A stretch of DNA of 64,000 nucleotides from Thermodesulfobacteriota bacterium (GTDB lineage Bacteria > Desulfobacterota > Desulfarculia > JACQYL01), in NCBI GenBank assembly GCA_963675595.2, contig CAXXLZ010000002.1, positions 4,320,001 to 4,384,000 on the forward strand, read 5' to 3'. Of this stretch, positions 60,501-64,000 are shown piece by piece. The notes under the pieces are model-generated. The model saw only the letters and a list, made by a program, of their open reading frames with translations. It searched no databases and had not been told where the DNA came from. The position numbers and the translations under genes are program-made. The first letter of the stretch is position 1, and every line of letters starts with the position of its first letter.

Positions 60501-63500
60501 TGCGGGGGAAACCCCTCTGTTTCGCCGCCTTGATCATCTCGTTCAGGCCTATCCCCGCGTGTGCGGGGGAAACACTACATGGGAATCAAGGGTAAATAAT
60601 ATGTCAGGCCTATCCCCGCGTGTGCGGGGGAAACCTGAAATATCAATTTCCTCTAATGTATTAAGAAGGCCTATCCCCGCGTGTGCGGGGGAAACGTAGC
60701 TACGCGGAAATTGAAAGAGACTTGGACGGGCCTATCCCCGCGTGTGCGGGGGAAACTCCATTCACTATAATGCCCAGCTAGTGCTTTCAGGCCTATCCCC
60801 GCGTGTGCGGGGGAAACCGATTTTTGATGCATCACCCCGAACGGATTTAAGGCCTATCCCCGCGTGTGCGGGGGAAACTGCGAAGCAGGCTTTCTTCTGA
60901 GGCTTCAAGCCGGCCTATCCCCGCGTGTGCGGGGGAAACTCAACGGATATCAAGAGCACTACGGAAGAAACAGGCCTATCCCCGCGTGTGCGGGGGAAAC
61001 CTACTACGTATTCAATCGATCTCAAATTGATGGGGCCTATCCCCGCGTGTGCGGGGGAAACGTTATCACGTGATATCACATAGTTACAAGCGGCGGCCTA
61101 TCCCCGCGTGTGCGGGGGAAACATGGTACGGGGAAAAACAGAACGGAATACCCGGGGCCTATCCCCGCGTGTGCGGGGGAAACCCTTCGGCAAGAAATCG
61201 ACGCATGGAAGTATGCGGCCTATCCCCGCGTGTGCGGGGGAAACAGATAGGTATGAGATTATTTGAGTCATGAATAAGGCCTATCCCCGCGTGTGCGGGG
61301 GGGAAACTTACGGGAGGATTACGATAGTCTTTTACAATCGGGCCTATCCCCGCGTGTGCGGGGGAAACAAGTAGGTTCGTTATTGCATCAGCGCTTCAAC
61401 AGGCCTATCCCCGCGTGTGCGGGGGAAACTATGCCGCGGATCGTGGAACGAGGGTGCATGCAGGCCTATCCCCGCGTGTGCGGGGGAAACGTTTCCGGTT
61501 GTCCGCGAAATCAACCGCTATCAGGCCTATCCCCGCGTGTGCGGGGGAAACTTTCTTTTCCTGAAGGGATACTGTCAAGGGCGGGGCCTATCCCCGCGTG
61601 TGCGGGGGAAACTCGAGTGCTGAAGAGCTTTAGTGCTTTCCAGTAGGCCTATCCCCGCGTGTGCGGGGGAAACGGGTATTCATGTTCGCCGTTCAGTAGA
61701 AGTACGGGCCTATCCCCGCGTGTGCGGGGGAAACCAAAAGCATATACTTCTCTAGACGTGCCTTCCAGGCCTATCCCCGCGTGTGCGGGGGAAACTCTGG
61801 AAGGGTTGGGAAATCGGCGTATCCGTGGGGCCTATCCCCGCGTGTGCGGGGGAAACGCCTATTTCGGCGACTAACTCTTCATAGCTATAGGCCTATCCCC
61901 GCGTGTGCGGGGGAAACTCCTGTGAAACGATTGTAGCAGGATATCATAATGGCCTATCCCCGCGTGTGCGGGGGAAACATGGCACTATGCCTTTTTCCAA
62001 CTCCTGGATGAGGCCTATCCCCGCGTGTGCGGGGGAAACCGTAAAAATGCGGAGGTGAGGCAGTGGCAAGGGGGCCTATCCCCGCGTGTGCGGGGGAAAC
62101 CTCCATCTACGATACCAGTCTATATGTGAATCAGGCCTATCCCCGCGTGTGCGGGGGAAACCATCCGTGGTCGGCTCACAATAGAGAAGAGTCAGGCCTA
62201 TCCCCGCGTGTGCGGGGGAAACACCATCTCCCAATCGATAACTGTGATACTATCAGGCCTATCCCCGCGTGTGCGGGGGAAACGCGCCGGAGAATGCCCT
62301 ACAATCAACGAAAACCGGCCTATCCCCGCGTGTGCGGGGGAAACGCTCTTATCCGGGAACGCCTAGGTAAGGGGAAGGGCCTATCCCCGCGTGTGCGGGG
62401 GAAACTTGGCATGATCTTTTATTTCCTTCTTGGTACAAGGCCTATCCCCGCGTGTGCGGGGGAAACAAACACGTTTCGAGCATACCACAAGATATAGTGG
62501 GCCTATCCCCGCGTGTGCGGGGGAAACGCCGCTTGTAACTATGTGATATCACGTGATAACGGCCTATCCCGCGTGTGCGGGGGAAACTTGGTGAAATACT
62601 CGCGATCTTGCCGGTGATCGGGCCTATCCCCGCGTGTGCGGGGGAAACTGTATGATCTGCTCGACCTGGATATCAGCCCGGGGCCTATCCCCGCGTGTGC
62701 GGGGGAAACTTCGCATGCGCTTGGGATGGTAGGCTGGTCTGGGGCCTATCCCCGCGTGTGCGGGGGAAACCCGCTTGGTCGGCATGGCCATTGCCTATGC
62801 CAAGGCCTATCCCCGCGTGTGCGGGGGAAACGAAACGCAGTGGATCCAGGCCGAGCGGAGGGCGGGCCTATCCCCGCGTGTGCGGGGGAAACACGGCTTC
62901 CCAACCGCCTTTTCGATACGCCGCGGGCCTATCCCCGCGTGTGCGGGGGAAACCTGGCGATATCCACCAGTGCGGATGACAGGTGCGGCCTATCCCCGCG
63001 TGTGCGGGGGAAACGCTTCTCCTGAACGGCGAGCACGAATACCCTGAGGCCTATCCCCGCGTGTGCGGGGGAAACCAACGGCGCGGCTGAATTTTTCGAG
63101 CCGGAGAAGGCCTATCCCCGCGTGTGCGGGGGAAACCTAATACTATCATGGCATATATTCCGATATAGAGGCCTATCCCCGCGTGTGCGGGGGAAACGCG
63201 ACGAACCGGACGCCGGCGTCAACATCAATAGGCCTATCCCCGCGTGTGCGGGGGAAACCGCGCGCCCTTCCCGGATTGCACCACGATGAGAGGCCTATCC
63301 CCGCGTGTGCGGGGGAAACATCGTTAGATGGCTGTAAAGTGGAACCAGACGGGGCCTATCCCCGCGTGTGCGGGGGAAACCGTTCGGAACGTCGAACCAT
63401 CGACCCGGAGAAGGGCCTATCCCCGCGTGTGCGGGGGAAACTCTCATACCTATCTTAGAATGTAAAGAAAAAAAGGCCTATCCCCGCGTGTGCGGGGGAA

Positions 63501-63624
63501 ACATAGACTGGTATGATGGATGGAGCAAGGGTTTGGGCCTATCCCCGCGTGTGCGGGGGAAACTGTTCCACTACATGGGAGAAGTCGCGCGAGCCAGGCC
63601 TATCCCCGCGTGTGCGGGGGAAAC
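57555..63624 (-). CRISPR. Type I-E CRISPR array, 100 repeats / 99 spacers
   Basis: 28-bp invariant core GGCCTATCCCCGCGTGTGCGGGGGAAAC (minus strand GTTTCCCCCGCACACGCGGGGATAGGCC) with 61-bp period, counted by hand. Variant repeats lie at the low-coordinate end and cas2 at the high end, so transcription is on the minus strand. Confidence 0.98.
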
Positions 63625-63708
63625 CCTTTCCGGAACAAACCAATTTTGTTCCCTTTTTCGGGCATGGAAATCAAACCCCTATGTAACTACCCGATATGCT
63701 TCAATCCG
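63625..63708 (-). promoter_or_regulatory. CRISPR leader
   Basis: 84-bp relatively AT-rich segment between the cas2 stop and the first repeat. Confidence 0.7.
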
Positions 63709-64000
63709 TCAATCCGCGACTTCCGGAGTGCCGTGAAGGCCCAACCGGGCGTACGTCTCCAGCGCTTTCCATTTTTCCTTTGTGGGTTCCGACCGGGTGG
63801 CCACCACGCCGTCCATCACCACGAACTCGCGGGGAGGGATGCCCAGAACCCGGAGAGCCTGCCCGCCGGGAAGGGCTCCGTCGTCCCAGGTCATCACGAT
63901 GGAACCGCCGCCCAGGTCCAGGAACCAATCCTCCAGCACCTTCCATATCCGCTCCCGCACTCCGGCCGTCACTTGAGGCCCGGTATACACGCCGGGCCCG
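63709..64000 (-). CDS. cas2: Type I-E Cas2, 5' end outside the window
   Basis: GVYTGPQVTAGVRERIW...GSIVMTW...LG.P.REFV.MDGV, adjacent to an I-E array. Confidence 0.92.
   Translation of the reverse strand, partial: GPGVYTGPQVTAGVRERIWKVLEDWFLDLGGGSIVMTWDDGALPGGQALRVLGIPPREFVVMDGVVATRSEPTKEKWKALETYARLGLHGTPEVAD

Noticed and set aside
59752-62587. Repeat length variants (extra G at 59752, two extra G at 61278, missing C at 62561)
   Set aside because: Isolated homopolymer indels not inherited by neighbouring repeats; likely slippage or sequencing error.
57555-63624. Self-targeting spacers
   Set aside because: None noticed by eye within the window; an exhaustive check needs a BLASTN search.
57406-63736. 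Many + strand ORFs with AYPRVCGG / GLSPRVRG / PIPACAGE repeats
   Set aside because: These are translations of the CRISPR repeats, not proteins.

Overview
GC-rich bacterial chromosome segment whose gene content suggests an anaerobic deltaproteobacterium (Desulfobacterota-like; inference). The left half (about 1-33 kb) is a cell-surface accessory region. It holds a lipoprotein alpha/beta hydrolase, a 4-hydroxybutyryl-CoA dehydratase/HpaB-family gene broken by one in-frame TAG, a lipoprotein with a thaumatin-like domain, and two tandem IPTL-CTERM proteins beside a phosphodiesterase-TPR-sulfotransferase fusion and a GNAT-like gene. It also holds a TRAP transporter, three PEP-CTERM genes each with a sigma54 promoter and enhancer box, an IS3 nested in an IS4, and an apparently orphan cobalamin riboswitch. 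Three co-oriented secreted proteins at 16.6-23.7 kb, one a reprolysin-type protease, share cohesin-like, dockerin-like and C-terminal modules; this is the best candidate for an undescribed system. The right half is mostly housekeeping: LolA/LolCDE-like ABC system, TPP riboswitch with thiF-G-H-S-E, TPR lipoprotein, DUF62, cobO, metK-ahcY, fabH, trpS, recN, acyP. It ends in a 100-repeat type I-E CRISPR array and a partial cas2. All calls come from reading the sequence; no searches were run.
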